A stretch of DNA of 64,000 nt from Eledone cirrhosa (Eukaryota), in the NCBI GenBank assembly GCA_964016885.1, contig OZ024743.1:318122001-318186000 (forward strand). Reading direction: 5' to 3'. Of the stretch, positions 41,401 to 57,315 are shown in pieces; the first letter of the stretch is position 1, and each line of letters opens with the position of its first letter. A program made the position numbers and the translations under genes. Below the pieces are notes generated by a model. It was not told the DNA's origin and made no database searches. It saw nothing but the letters and a program-made list of their open reading frames with translations.

Positions 41401-44400
41401 GACAATAGCACCAATGCTAATCTATATGATACTGTATGTCAGGGACTATGGACAACACCACCAATGCTAATCTATATGATGTTGTATGTCAGGGACTATA
41501 GACAACACCACCAATGCTAATCTATATGATGCTGTATGTCAGGGACTATAGACAATAGCACCAATGCTAATCTATCTGATGCTGTATGTCAGGTACTATA
41601 GACAATAGCACCAATGCTAATCTATATGATGTTGTATGTCAGGGACTATAGACAATAGCACCAATGCTAATCTATATGATACTGTATGTCAGGGACTATA
41701 GACAACACCACCAATGTTAATCTATATGATATTGTATGTCAGGGACTATAGACAACACCACCAATGCTTATCTGTATGATACTGTATGTCAGGGACTATA
41801 GACAATAGCACCAATGCTAATCTATATGATGTTGTATGCCAGTGACTATAGACGATAGCACCAATGCTAATCTATATGATATTGTATGCCAGTGACTATA
41901 GACGATAGCACCAATGCTAATCTATATGATGCTGTATGCCAAGGACTATAGACAATAGCACCAATGCTAATCTATATGATACTGTATGTCAGGGACTGTA
42001 GACAATAGCACCAATGCTAATCTATATGATGCTGTATGTCAGGGACTATAGACAATAGCACCAATGCTAATCTATATGATGCTGTATGTCAAGGACTATA
42101 GACAATAGCACCAATGCTAATCTATATGATACTGTATGTCAGGGACTGTAGACAATAGCACCAATGCTAATCTATATGATGTTGTATGTCAGGAACTATA
42201 GACAATAGCACCAATGCTAATCTATATGATGCTGTATGTCAGGTGCTATAGACAATACCACCAATGCTAATCTATATGATGTTGTATGTCAGGGACTATA
42301 GACAATAGCACCAATGCTAATCTATATGATGCTGTATGTCAGGTGCTATAGACAATACCACCAATGCTAATCTATATGATACTGTATGTTAGGGACTATA
42401 GACAATAGCACCAATGCTAATCTATATGATGCTGTATGTCAGAGACTATAGACAATAGCACCAATGCTAATCTATATGATGTTGTATGTCAGGGACTATA
42501 GACAACACCACCATTGCTAATCTATATGATACTGTATGCCAGGGACTATAGACAATAGCCCCAATGCTAATCTATATGATACTGTATGTCAGGGACTATA
42601 GACAATAGCATCAATGCTAATCTATATGATGTTGTATGTCAGGGACTATAGACAACACCACCAATGCTATTCTATATGATGCTGTATGTCAGGGACTATA
42701 GACAATAGCACCAATGCTAATCTATATGATACTGTATGTCAGGGACTATAGACAATAGCATCAATGCTAATCTATATGATGTTGTATGTCAGGGACTATA
42801 GACAACACCACCAATGCTATTCTATATGATGCTGTATGTCAGGGACTATAGACAATAGCACCAATGCTAATCTATATGATGTTGTATGTCAGGGACTATA
42901 GACAACCCCACCAATGCTATTCTATATGATGCTGTATGTCAGGGACTATAGACGATAGCACCAATGCTAATCTATATGATACTGTATGTCAGGGACTATA
43001 GACAATAGCACCAATGCTAATCTATATGATGTTGTATGTCAGGGACTATAGACAATAGCACCAATGCTAATCTATATGATACTGTATGTCAGGGACTATA
43101 GACAATAGCACCAATGCTAATCTATATGATGTTGTATGTCAGGTACTATAGACAACACCACCAATGCTAATCTATATGATGTTGTATGTCAGAGACTATA
43201 GACAATAGCACCAATGCTAATCTATATGATGTTGTATGTCAGAGACTATAGACAATAGCACCAATGCTAATCTATATGATACTGTATGTCAGGGACTATA
43301 GACAATAGCACCAATGCTAATCTATATGATGTTGTATGTCAGAGACTATAGACAATAGCACCAATGCTAATCTATATGATACTGTATGTCAGGGACTATA
43401 GACAATAGCACCAATGCTAATCTATATGATGTTGTATGTCAGAGACTATAGACAATAGCACCAATGCTAATCTATATGATACTGTATGTCAGGGACTATA
43501 GACAATAGCACCAATGCTAATCTATATGATGTTGTATGTCAGGGACTATAGACAATAGCACCAATGCTAATCTATATGATACTGTATGTCAGGGACTATA
43601 GACAATAGCACCAATGCTAATCTATATGATACTGTATGTCAGGGACTATAGACAATAGCACCAATGCTAATCTATATGATGTTGTATGTCAGGTACTATA
43701 GACAACACCACCAATGCTAATCTATATGATGTTGTATGTCAGAGACTATAGACAATAGCACCAATGCTAATCTATATGATGTTGTATGTCAGAGACTATA
43801 GACAATAGCACCAATGCTAATCTATATGATGTTGTATGTCAGAGACTATAGACAATAGCACCAATGCTAATCTATATGATGCAGTATGTCAGGGACTATA
43901 GACAATAGCACCAATGCTAATCTATATGATGCTGTATGTCAGGGACTATAGACAATAGCACCAATGCTAATCTATATGATGCTGTATGTCAGGGACTATA
44001 GACAATAGCACCAATGCTAATCTATATGATGCAGTATGTCAGGGACTATAGACAATAGCACCAATGCTAATCTATATGATGCTGTATGTCAGGGACTATA
44101 GACAATAGCACCAATGCTAATCTATATGATACTGTATGTCAGGGACTATAGACAATAGCACCAATGCTAATCTATATGATGCTGTATGTCAGGGACTATA
44201 GACAATAGCACAAATGCTAATCTATATGATACTGTATGTCAGGGACTATAGACAACACCACCAATGCTAATCTATATGATGTTGTATGTCAGGGACTATA
44301 GACAACACCACCAATGCTATTCTATATGATGCTGTATGTCAGGGACTATAGACGATAGCACCAATGCTAATCTATATGATGTTGTATGTCAGGGACTATA

Positions 44401-47400
44401 GACAATCGCACAAATGCTAATCTATATGATGTTGTATGTCAGGGACTAGAGACAATAGCACCAATGCTAATCTATATGATGTTGTATGTCAGGGACTATA
44501 GACAATAGCACAAATGCTAATCTATATGATACTATATGTCAGGGACTATAGACAATAGCACCAATGCTAATCTATATGATGTTGTATGTCAGGGACTATA
44601 GACAATAGCACCAATGCTAATCTATACGATGTTGTATGTCAGGGACTATAGACAATAGCACCAATGCTAATCTATATGATGTTGTATGTCAGGGACTATA
44701 GACAATAGCACCAATGCTAATCTATATGATACTGTATGTTAGGGACTATAGACAATAGCACCAATGCCTATCTATATGATACTGTATGTCAGGGACTATA
44801 GACAATAGCACCAATGCTAATCTATATGATACTGTATGTCAGGGACTATAGACAATAGCACTAATGCTAATCTATATGATACCGTATGTCAGGGACTGTA
44901 GACAATAGCACCAATGCTAATCTATATGATGTTGTATGTCAGGAACTATGGACAATAGCACCAATGCTAATCTATATAATGCTGTATGTCAGGTACTATA
45001 GACAATATCACCAATGCTGATCTATATGATGTTGTATGTCAGGGACTATAGACAATAGCACCAATGCTAATCTATATGATGTTGTATGTCAGGGACTATA
45101 GACAATAGCACCAATGCTAATCTATATGATACTGTATGTTAGGGACTATAGACAATAGCACCAATGCTAATCTATATGATACTGTATGTTAGGGACTATA
45201 GACAATAGCACCAGTGCCTATCTATATGATGTTGTATGTCAGGGACTATAGACAATAGCACCAATGCCTATCTATATGATACTGTATGTCAGGGACTATA
45301 GACAATAGCACCAATGCTAATCTATATGATACTGTATGTCGGGGACTATAGACAATAGCACCAATGCTAATCTATATGATGTTGTATGTCAGGAACTATA
45401 GACAATAGCACCAATGCTAATCTATATGATACTGTATGTCAGGAACTATAGACAATAGCACCAATGCTAATCTATATGAGACTGTATGTCAGGGACTATA
45501 GACAATAGCACCAATGCCTATCTATATGATGTTGTATGTCAGGGACTATAGACAATAGCACCAATGCCTATCTATATGATACTGTATGTCAGGGACGATA
45601 GACGATAGCACCAATGCTAATCTATATGATACTGTATGTCAGGGACTATAGACAATAGCACCAATGCTAATCTATATGATACTGTATGTCAGGGACTATA
45701 GACAATAGCACCAATGCTAATCTATATGATGTTATATATCAGGGACTATAGACAATAGCACCAATGCTAATCTATATGATACTGTATGTCAGGGACTATA
45801 GACAATAGCACCAATGCTAATCTATATGATGTTATATATCAGGGACTATAGACAATAGCACCAATGCTAATCTATATGATACTGTATGTCAGGGACTATA
45901 GACAATAGCACCAATTCCTATCTATATGATGTTGTATGTCAGGGACTATAGACAATAGCACCAATGCCTATCTATATGATACTGTATGTCAGGGACTATA
46001 GACAATAGCACCAATGCTAATCTATATGATACTGTATGTCAGGGACTATAGACAATAGCACCAATGCTAATCTATATGATACTGTATGTCAGGGACTATA
46101 GACAATAGCACCAATGCTAATCTATATGATGTTGTATGTCAGGGACTATAGACAATAGCACCAATGCTAATCTATATGATACTGTATGTCAGGGACTATA
46201 GACAATAGCACCAATGCCTATCTATATGATGTTGTATGTCAGGGACTATAGACGATAGCACCAATGTCTATCTATATGATACTGTATGTCAGGGACTATA
46301 GACAATAGCACCAATGCTAATCCATATGATGTTGTATGTCAGGAACTATAGACAATAGCACCAATGCTAATCTATATGATACTGAATGTTAGGGACTATA
46401 GACGATAGCACCAATGCCTATCTATATGATACTGTATGTCAGGGACTATAGACAATAGCACTAATGCTAATCTATATGTTGTTATATGTCAGGGACTATA
46501 GACAATAGCACCAATGCTAATCTATATGATACTGTATGTCAGGGAGTATAGACAATAGCACCAATGCTAATCTATATGATGTTGTATGTCAGGGACTATA
46601 GACAATAGCACCAATGCTAATCTATATGATGCTGTATGTCAGGTACTATAGACAATAGTACCAATGCTAATCTATATGATGCTGTATGTCAGGGACTATA
46701 GACAATAGCACAAATGCTAATCTATATGATACTGTATGTCAGGGACTATAGACAATAGCACCAATGTTAATCCATATGATGTTGTATGTCAGGAACTATA
46801 GACAATAGCACCAATGCTAATCTATATGATACTGTATGTTAGGGACTATAGACAATAGCACCAATGCCTATCTATATGATACTGTATGTCAGGGACTATA
46901 GACAATAGCACCAATGCTAATCTATATGATACTGTATGTCAGGGACTATAGACAATAGCACCAATGCTAATCTATATATTGTATGCCAGGGACTATAGAC
47001 AATAGCAGCAATGCTAATCTATATGATGTTGTATGTCAGGAACTATAGACAATAGCACCAATGCTATTCTATATATTGTATGCCAGGGACTATAGACAAT
47101 AGCAGCAATGTTAATCTATATGATGCTGTATGTCAGGTACTATAGACAATAGCACCAATGCTAATCTATATGATGTTGTATGTCAGGGACTATAGACAAC
47201 ACCACCAATGCTAATCTATATGATGTTGTATGTCAGGGACTATAGACAACACCACCAATGCTTATCTGTATGATGCTGTATGTCGGGGACTATAGACAAT
47301 AGCACCAATGCTAATCTATATGATGTTGTATGTCAGAGACTATAGACAATAGCACCAATGCTAATCTATATGATGTTGTATGTCAGGGACTATAGACAAT

Positions 47401-49799
47401 AGCACCAATGCTAATCTATATGATACTGTATGTCAGGAACTATAGACAATAGCACCAATGCTAATCTATATGATGTTGTATGTCAGGGACTATAGACAAC
47501 ACCACCAATGCTAATCTATATGATGTTGTATGTCAGGGACTATAGACAATAGCACCAATGCTAATCTATATGATGCTGTATGTCAGAGACTATAGACAAT
47601 AGCACCAATGCTAATCTATATGATGTTGTATGTCAGGGACTATAGACAACACCACCATTGCTAATCTATATGATACTGTATGCCAGGGACTATAGACAAT
47701 AGCACCAATGCTAATCTATATGATGCTTTATGTCAGGGACTATAGACAATAGCACCAATGCTAATCTACGTCATGCTGTATGTCAGGGACTATAGACAGT
47801 AGCACCAATGCTAATCTATATGATGTTGTGTGTCAGGGACTATAGACAATGGCCCCAATGCTAATCTATATGATGCTGTATGTCAGGGACTATAGACAAT
47901 AGTACCAATGCTAATCTATATGATACTGTATGTCAGGGACTATAGACAATGGCCCCAATGCTAATCTATATGATGCTGTATGTCGGGGACTATAGACAAT
48001 AGCACCAATGCTAATCTATATGATGTTATATGTCAGGGACTATAGACAATAGCACCAATGCTAATCTATATGATACTGTATGTCAGGGACTATAGACAAT
48101 AGCACCAATGCTAATCTATATGATGTTGTATGTCAGGAACTATAGACAATAGCACCAATGCTAATCTATGTGATACTGTATGTCAGGGACTATAGACAAT
48201 AGCACCAATGCTAATCTATATGATGCTGTATGTCAGGTACTATAGACAATAGCACCAATGCTAATCTATATGATGTTTTATGTCAGGGACTATAGACAAT
48301 AGCACCAATGCTAATCTATATGTTACTGTATGTCAGGGACTATAGACAATAGCACCAATGCTAATCTATATGATGTTGTATGTCAGGGACTATAGACAAT
48401 AGCACCAATGCTAATCTATATGATACTGTATGTCAGGGACTATAGGCAATAGCAGCAATGCTAATCTATATGATGTTGTATGTCAGGAACTATAGACAAT
48501 AGCACCAATGCTAATCTATATGATACTGTATGTCAGGGACTATAGGCAATAGCACCAATGCTAATCTATATGATGTTGTATGTCAGGAACTATAGACAAT
48601 AGCACCAATGCTAATCTATATGATACTGTATGTCAGGGACTATAGACAATGGCCCCAATGCTAATCTATATGATGCTGTATGTCAGGGACTATAGACAAT
48701 AGTACCAATGCTAATCTATATGATACTGTATGTCAGGGACTATAGACAATGGCCCCAATGCTAATCTATATGATGCTGTATGTCGGGGACTATAGACAAT
48801 AGCACCAATGCTAATCTATATGATGTTATATGTCAGGGACTATAGACAATAGCACCAATGCTAATCTATATGATACTGTATGTCAGGGACTATAGACAAT
48901 AGCACCAATGCTAATCTATATGATGTTGTATGTCAGGGACTATAGACAATAGCACCAATGCTAATCTATATGATGCTGTATGTCAGGGACTGTAGACAAT
49001 AGCACCAATGCTAATCTATATGATGCTGTATGTCAGGGACTATAGACAATAGCACCAATGCTAATCTATATGATGTTGTATGTCAGGGACTATATACAAT
49101 AGCACCAATGCTAATCTATATGTTACTGTATGTCAGGGACTATAGACAATAGCAGCAATGCTAATCTATATGATGTTGTATGTCAGGGACTATAGACAAT
49201 AGCACCAATGCTAATCTATATGATACTGTATGTCAGGGACTATAGGCAATAGCAGCAATGCTAATCTATATGATGTTGTATGTCAGGAACTATAGACAAT
49301 AGCACCAATGCTAATCTATATGTTACTGTATGTCAGGGACTATAGACAATAGCACCAATGCTAATCTATATGTTACTGTATGTCAGGGACTATAGACAAT
49401 AGCACCAATGCTAATCTATATGATGTTGTATGTCAGGGACTATAGACAATAGCACAAATGCTAATCTATATGTTACTGTATGTCAGGGACTATAGACAAT
49501 AGCACCAATGCTAATCTATATGTTACTGTATGTCAGGGACTATAGACAATAGCACCAATGCTAATCTATATGATGTTGTATGTCAGGGACTATAGACAAT
49601 AGCACCAATGCTAATCTATATGATACTGTATGTCAGGGACTATAGGCAATAGCAGCAATGCTAATCTATATGATGTTGTATGTCAGGAACTATAGACAAT
49701 AGCACCAATGCTAATCTATATGATACTGTATGTCAGGGACTATAGGCAATAGCACCAATGCTAATCTATATGATACTGTATGTCAGGGACTATAGACAA

Positions 49800-50400
49800 T
49801 AGCACCAATGCTAATCTATATGATGTTGTATGTCAGGGACTATAGACAACACCACCAATGCTTATCTCTATGATGCTGTATGTCAGGGACTATAGACAAT
49901 AGCACCAATGCTAATCTATATGATGTTGTATGTCAGGGACTATAGACAATAGCACCAATCCTAATCTATATGATGTTGTATGTCAGGGACTATAGACAAC
50001 ACCACCAATGCTAATCTATATGATGTTGTATGTCAGGGACTATAGACAATAGCACCAATGCTAATCTATATGATGTTGTATGTCAGGGACTATAGACAAC
50101 ACCACCAATGCTTATCTCTATGATGCTGTATGTCAGGGACTATAGACAATAGCACCAATGCTAATCTATATGATGTTGTATGTCAGGGACTATAGACAAT
50201 AGCACCAATCCTAATCTATATGATGTTGTATGTCAGGGACTATAGACAACACCACCAATGCTAATCTATATGATGTTGTATGTCAGGGACTATAGACAAT
50301 AGCACCAATGCTAATCTATATGATGTTGTATGTCAGGGACTATAGACAACACCACCAATGCTTATCTCTATGATGCTGTATGTCAGGGACTATAGACAAT
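49800..50400. repeat. Higher-order repeat, 250-bp period (5 monomers, ~x2.4)
   Basis: CTTATCTCTA occurs at 49861, 50111 and 50361. CCAATCCTAATC occurs at ~49955 and ~50205. Confidence 0.88.
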
Positions 50401-52595
50401 AGCACCAATGCCTATCTATATGATGTTGTATGTCAGGGACTATAGACAATAGCACCAATGCCTATCTATATGATACTGTATGTCAGGGACTATAGACAAT
50501 AGCACCAATGCTAATCTATATGATACTGTATGTCAGGGACTATAGACAATAGCACCAATGCTAATCTATATGATGCTGTATGTCAGGGACTATAGACAAT
50601 AGCACCAATGCTAATCTATATGATACTGTATGTCAGGGACTATAGACAATAGCACCAATGCTAATCTATATGATGATGTATGTCAGGGACTATAGACAGT
50701 AGCACCAATGCTCATCTATATGATATTGTATGTCAGGGACTAGAGACAATAGCACCAATGCAAATCTATATATTGTATGCCAGGGACTATAGACTATAGC
50801 ACCAATGCTAGTCTATATGATGTTGTATGTCAGGGACTATAGACAATAGCACCAATGCTAATCTATATGATACTGTATGTCAGGGACTATAGACAACACC
50901 ACCAATGCTAATCTATATGATGTTGTATGTCAGGGACTATAGACAACACCACCAATGCTAATCTATATGATGTTGTATGTCAGGGACTATAGACAATAGC
51001 ACCAATGCTATTCTATATGATGCTGTATGTCAGGGACTATAGACAATAGCACCAGTGCCTATCTATATGATACTGTATGTCAGGGACTATAGACGATAGC
51101 ACCAATGCTAATCTATGTGATACTGTATGTTAGCGACTATAGACAATAGCACCAGTGCCTATCTATATGATGTTGTATGTCAGGGACTATAGACAATAGC
51201 ACCAATGCCTATCTATATGATACTGTATGTCAGGGACTATAGACGATAGCACCAATGCTAATCTATGTGATACTGTATGTCAGGGACTATAGACAACACC
51301 ACCAATGCTAATCTATATGATGTTGTATGTCAGGGACTATAGACAATAGCACCAATGCTAATCTATATGATACTGTATGTCAGGGACTATAGACAATAGC
51401 ACCAATGCTAATCTATATGATGTTGTATGTCAGGGACTATAGACAATAGCACCAATGCTAATCTATATGATGTTGTATGTCAGGTACTATAGACAATAGC
51501 ACCAATGCTAATCTATATGATGCTGTATGTCAGGTACTATAGACAATAGCACCAATGCTAATCTATATGATGTTGTATGTCAGGGACTATAGACAACACC
51601 ACCAATGCTAAACTATATGATGTTGTATGTCAGGAACTATAGACAATAGCACCAATGCTAATCTATATGATGTTGTATGTCAGGGACTATAGACAATAGC
51701 ACCAATGCTAATCTATATGATACTGTATGTCAGGGACTATAGACAATAGCACCAATGCTAATCTATATGATGTTGTATGTCAGGTACTATAGACAATAGC
51801 ACCAATGCTAATCTATATGATGCTGTATGTCAGGTACTATAGACAATAGCACCAATGCTAATCTATATGATGTTGTATGTCAGGGACTATAGACAACACC
51901 ACCAATGCTAAACTATATGATGTTGTATGTCAGGAACTATAGACAATAGCACCAGTGCCTATCTATATGATGTTGTATGTCAGGGACCATAGACAATACC
52001 ACCATTGCTAATCTATATGATGCAGTATGTCAGGGACTATAGACAATAGCACCAATGCTAATCTATATGATGTTGTATGTCAGAGACTATAGACAATAGC
52101 ACCAATGCTAATCTATATGATGCAGTATGTCAGGGACTATAGACAATAGCACCAATGCTAATCTATATGATACTGTATGTCAGGAACTATAGACAATAGC
52201 ACCAATGCTAATCTATATGATGTTGTATGTCAGGGACTATAAACAATAGCACCAATGCTAATCTATATGATGTTGTATGTCAGGTACTATAGACAATAGC
52301 ACCAATGCTAATCTATATGATGTTGTATGTCAGGGACTATAGACAACACCACCAATGCCTATCTATATGATACTGTATGTCAGGGACTATAGACAATAGC
52401 ACCAATGCTAATCTATAAGATACTGTATGTCAGGGACTATAGACAATAGCACCAATGCTAATCTATATCATACTGTATGTCAGGGACTGTAGACAATAGC
52501 ACCAATGCTAATCTATATGATGCTGTATGTCAGGGACTATAGACAATAGCACCAATGCTAATCTATATGATACTGTATGTCAGGGACTATAGACA

Positions 52596-55500
52596 ATAGC
52601 ACCAATGCTAATCTATATGATGTTGTATGTCAGGGACTATAGACAATAGCACCAATGCTAATCTATATGATGCTGTATGTCAGGTACTATAGACAATAGC
52701 ACCAATGCTAATCTATATGATGTTGTATGTCAGGGACTATAGACAATAGCACCAATGCTAATCTATATGATGCTGTATGTCAGGTACTATAGACAATAGC
52801 ACCAATGCTAATCTATATGATGCTGTATGTCAGGGACTATAGACAATATCACCAATGCTGATCTATATGATGTTGTATGTCAGGGACTATAGATAATAGC
52901 ACCAATGCTAATCTATATGATACTGTATGTTAGGGACTATCGACAATAGCACCAATGCTAATCAATATGATACTGTATGTCAGGGACTATAGACAATAGC
53001 ACCAATGCCTATCTATATGATGTTGTATGTCAGTGACTATAGACAATAGCACCAATGCCTATCTATATGATACTGTATGTCAGGGACTATAGACAATAGC
53101 ACCAATGCTAATCTATATGATGCTGTATGTCAGGGACTATAGACAATAGCACCAATGCTAATCTATATGATGTTGTATGTCAGGGACTATAGACAGTAGC
53201 ACCAATGCTCATCTATATGATATTGTATGTCAGGGACTAGAGACAATAGCACCAATGCGAATCTATATATTGTATGCCAGGGACTATAGACTATAGCACC
53301 AATGCTAGTCTATATGATGTTGTATGTCAGGGACTATAGACAATAGCACCAATGCTAATCTATATGATACTGTATGTCAGGGACTATAGACAACACCACC
53401 AATGCTAATCTATATGATGTTGTATGTCAGGGACTATAGACAACACCACCAATGCTATTCTATATGATGCTGTATGTCAGGGACTATAGACGATAGCACC
53501 AATGCTAATCTATGTGATACTGTATGTCAGGGACTATAGACAATAGCACCAATGCTAATCTATATGATGTTGTATGTCAGGGACTATAGACAATAGCACC
53601 AATGCTAATCTATATGATACTGTATGTCAGGGACTATAGACAATAGCACCAATGCTAATCTATATGATGTTGTATGTCAGGTACTATAGACAATAGCACC
53701 AATGCTAATCTATATGATGTTGTATGTCAGGGACTATAGACAACACCACAAATGCTAATCTATATGATGTTGTATGTCAGGGACTATAGACAATACCACC
53801 ATTGCTAATCTATATGATACTGTATGTCAGGGACTATAGACAATAGCACCAATGCTAATCTATATGATACTGTATGTCAGGAACTATAGACAATAGCACC
53901 AATGCTAATCTATATGATACTGTATGTTAGGGACTATAGACAATAGCACCAATGCCTATCTATATGATACTGTATGTCAGGGACTATAGACAATAGCACC
54001 AATGCTAATCTATAAGATAATGTATGTCAGGGACTATAGACAATAGCACCAATGCTAATCTATATCATACTGTATGTCAGGGACTGTAGACAATAGCACC
54101 AATGCTAATCTATATGATGTTGTATGTCAGGAACTATAGACAATAGCACCAATGCTAATCTATATGATGCTGTATGTCAGGTACTATAGACAATATCACC
54201 AATGCTGATCTATATGATGTTGTATGTTAGGGACTATAGACAATAGCACCAATGCTAATCTATATCATACTGTATGTCAGGTACTATAGACACTAGCACC
54301 AATGCTAATCTATATGATGTTGTATGTCAGGAACTATAGACAATAGCACCAATGCTAATCTATATGATGCTGTATGTCAGGTACTATAGACAATATCACC
54401 AATGCTGATCTATATGATGTTGTATGTTAGGGACTATAGACAATAGCACCAATGCTAATCTATATGGTGTTGTATGTCAGGGACTATAGACAATAGCACC
54501 AATGCTAATCTATATATTGTATGCCAGGGACTATAGACAACACCACCAATGCTAATCTATATGATGTTGTATGTCAGGGACTATAGACAATAGCACCAAT
54601 GCTAATCTATATGGTGTTGTATGTCAGGGACTATAGACAATAGCACCAATGCTAATCTATATATTGTATGCCAGGGACTATAGACAACACCACCAATGCT
54701 AATCTATATGATGCTGTATGTCAGGGACTATAGACAATAGCACCAATGCTAATCTATATGATACTGTATGTCAGGGACTATAGACAATAGCACCAATGCT
54801 AATCTATATGATACTGTATGCCAGGGACTATAGACTATAGCACCAATGCTAATCTATATGATGTTGTATGTCAGAGACTATAGACAATAGCACCAATGCT
54901 AATCTATATGATACTGTATGCCAGGGACTATAGACTATAGCACCAATGCTAATCTATATGATGTTGTATGTCAGGGACTATAGACAATAGCACCAATGCT
55001 AATCTATATGATGCTGTATGTCAGGTACTATAGACAATAGCACCAATGCTAATCTATATGATGTTGTATGTCAGGGACTATAGACAATAGCACCAATGCT
55101 AATCTATATGATGCTGTATGTCAGGTACTATAGACAATAGCACCAATGCTAATCTATATGATGCTGTATGTCAGGGACTATAGACAATATCACCAATGCT
55201 GATCTATATGATGTTGTATGTCAGGGACTATAGATAATAGCACCAATGCTAATCTATATGATACTGTATGTTAGGGACTATCGACAATAGCACCAATGCT
55301 AATCAATATGATACTGTATGTCAGGGACTATAGACAATAGCACCAATGCCTATCTATATGATGTTGTATGTCAGTGACTATAGACAATAGCACCAATGCC
55401 TATCTATATGATACTGTATGTCAGGGACTATAGACAATAGCACCAATGCTAATCTATATGATGCTGTATGTCAGGGACTATAGACAATAGCACCAATGCT

Positions 55501-57315
55501 AATCTATATGATGTTGTATGTCAGGGACTATAGACAGTAGCACCAATGCTCATCTATATGATATTGTATGTCAGGGACTAGAGACAATAGCACCAATGCG
55601 AATCTATATATTGTATGCCAGGGACTATAGACTATAGCACCAATGCTAGTCTATATGATGTTGTATGTCAGGGACTATAGACAATAGCACCAATGCTAAT
55701 CTATATGATACTGTATGTCAGGGACTATAGACAACACCACCAATGCTAATCTATATGATGTTGTATGTCAGGGACTATAGACAACACCACCAATGCTATT
55801 CTATATGATGCTGTATGTCAGGGACTATAGACGATAGCACCAATGCTAATCTATGTGATACTGTATGTCAGGGACTATAGACAATAGCACCAATGCTAAT
55901 CTATATGATGTTGTATGTCAGGGACTATAGACAATAGCACCAATGCTAATCTATATGATACTGTATGTCAGGGACTATAGACAATAGCACCAATGCTAAT
56001 CTATATGATGTTGTATGTCAGGTACTATAGACAATAGCACCAATGCTAATCTATATGATGTTGTATGTCAGGGACTATAGACAACACCACAAATGCTAAT
56101 CTATATGATGTTGTATGTCAGGGACTATAGACAATACCACCATTGCTAATCTATATGATACTGTATGTCAGGGACTATAGACAATAGCACCAATGCTAAT
56201 CTATATGATACTGTATGTCAGGAACTATAGACAATAGCACCAATGCTAATCTATATGATACTGTATGTTAGGGACTATAGACAATAGCACCAATGCCTAT
56301 CTATATGATACTGTATGTCAGGGACTATAGACAATAGCACCAATGCTAATCTATAAGATAATGTATGTCAGGGACTATAGACAATAGCACCAATGCTAAT
56401 CTATATCATACTGTATGTCAGGGACTGTAGACAATAGCACCAATGCTAATCTATATGATGTTGTATGTCAGGAACTATAGACAATAGCACCAATGCTAAT
56501 CTATATGATGCTGTATGTCAGGTACTATAGACAATATCACCAATGCTGATCTATATGATGTTGTATGTTAGGGACTATAGACAATAGCACCAATGCTAAT
56601 CTATATCATACTGTATGTCAGGTACTATAGACACTAGCACCAATGCTAATCTATATGATGTTGTATGTCAGGAACTATAGACAATAGCACCAATGCTAAT
56701 CTATATGATGCTGTATGTCAGGTACTATAGACAATATCACCAATGCTGATCTATATGATGTTGTATGTTAGGGACTATAGACAATAGCACCAATGCTAAT
56801 CTATATGGTGTTGTATGTCAGGGACTATAGACAATAGCACCAATGCTAATCTATATATTGTATGCCAGGGACTATAGACAACACCACCAATGCTAATCTA
56901 TATGATGTTGTATGTCAGGGACTATAGACAATAGCACCAATGCTAATCTATATGGTGTTGTATGTCAGGGACTATAGACAATAGCACCAATGCTAATCTA
57001 TATATTGTATGCCAGGGACTATAGACAACACCACCAATGCTAATCTATATGATGCTGTATGTCAGGGACTATAGACAATAGCACCAATGCTAATCTATAT
57101 GATACTGTATGTCAGGGACTATAGACAATAGCACCAATGCTAATCTATATGATACTGTATGCCAGGGACTATAGACTATAGCACCAATGCTAATCTATAT
57201 GATGTTGTATGTCAGAGACTATAGACAATAGCACCAATGCTAATCTATATGATACTGTATGCCAGGGACTATAGACTATAGCACCAATGCTAATCTATAT
57301 GATGTTGTATGTCAG
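52596..57315. repeat. Higher-order tandem duplication, 2341-bp period (47 monomers including three 47-mers, x2)
   Basis: CGAC 52941/55282, TATAAGATAA 54011/56352 and CACTAGC 54291/56632 are all 2341 bp apart. Confidence 0.92.
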
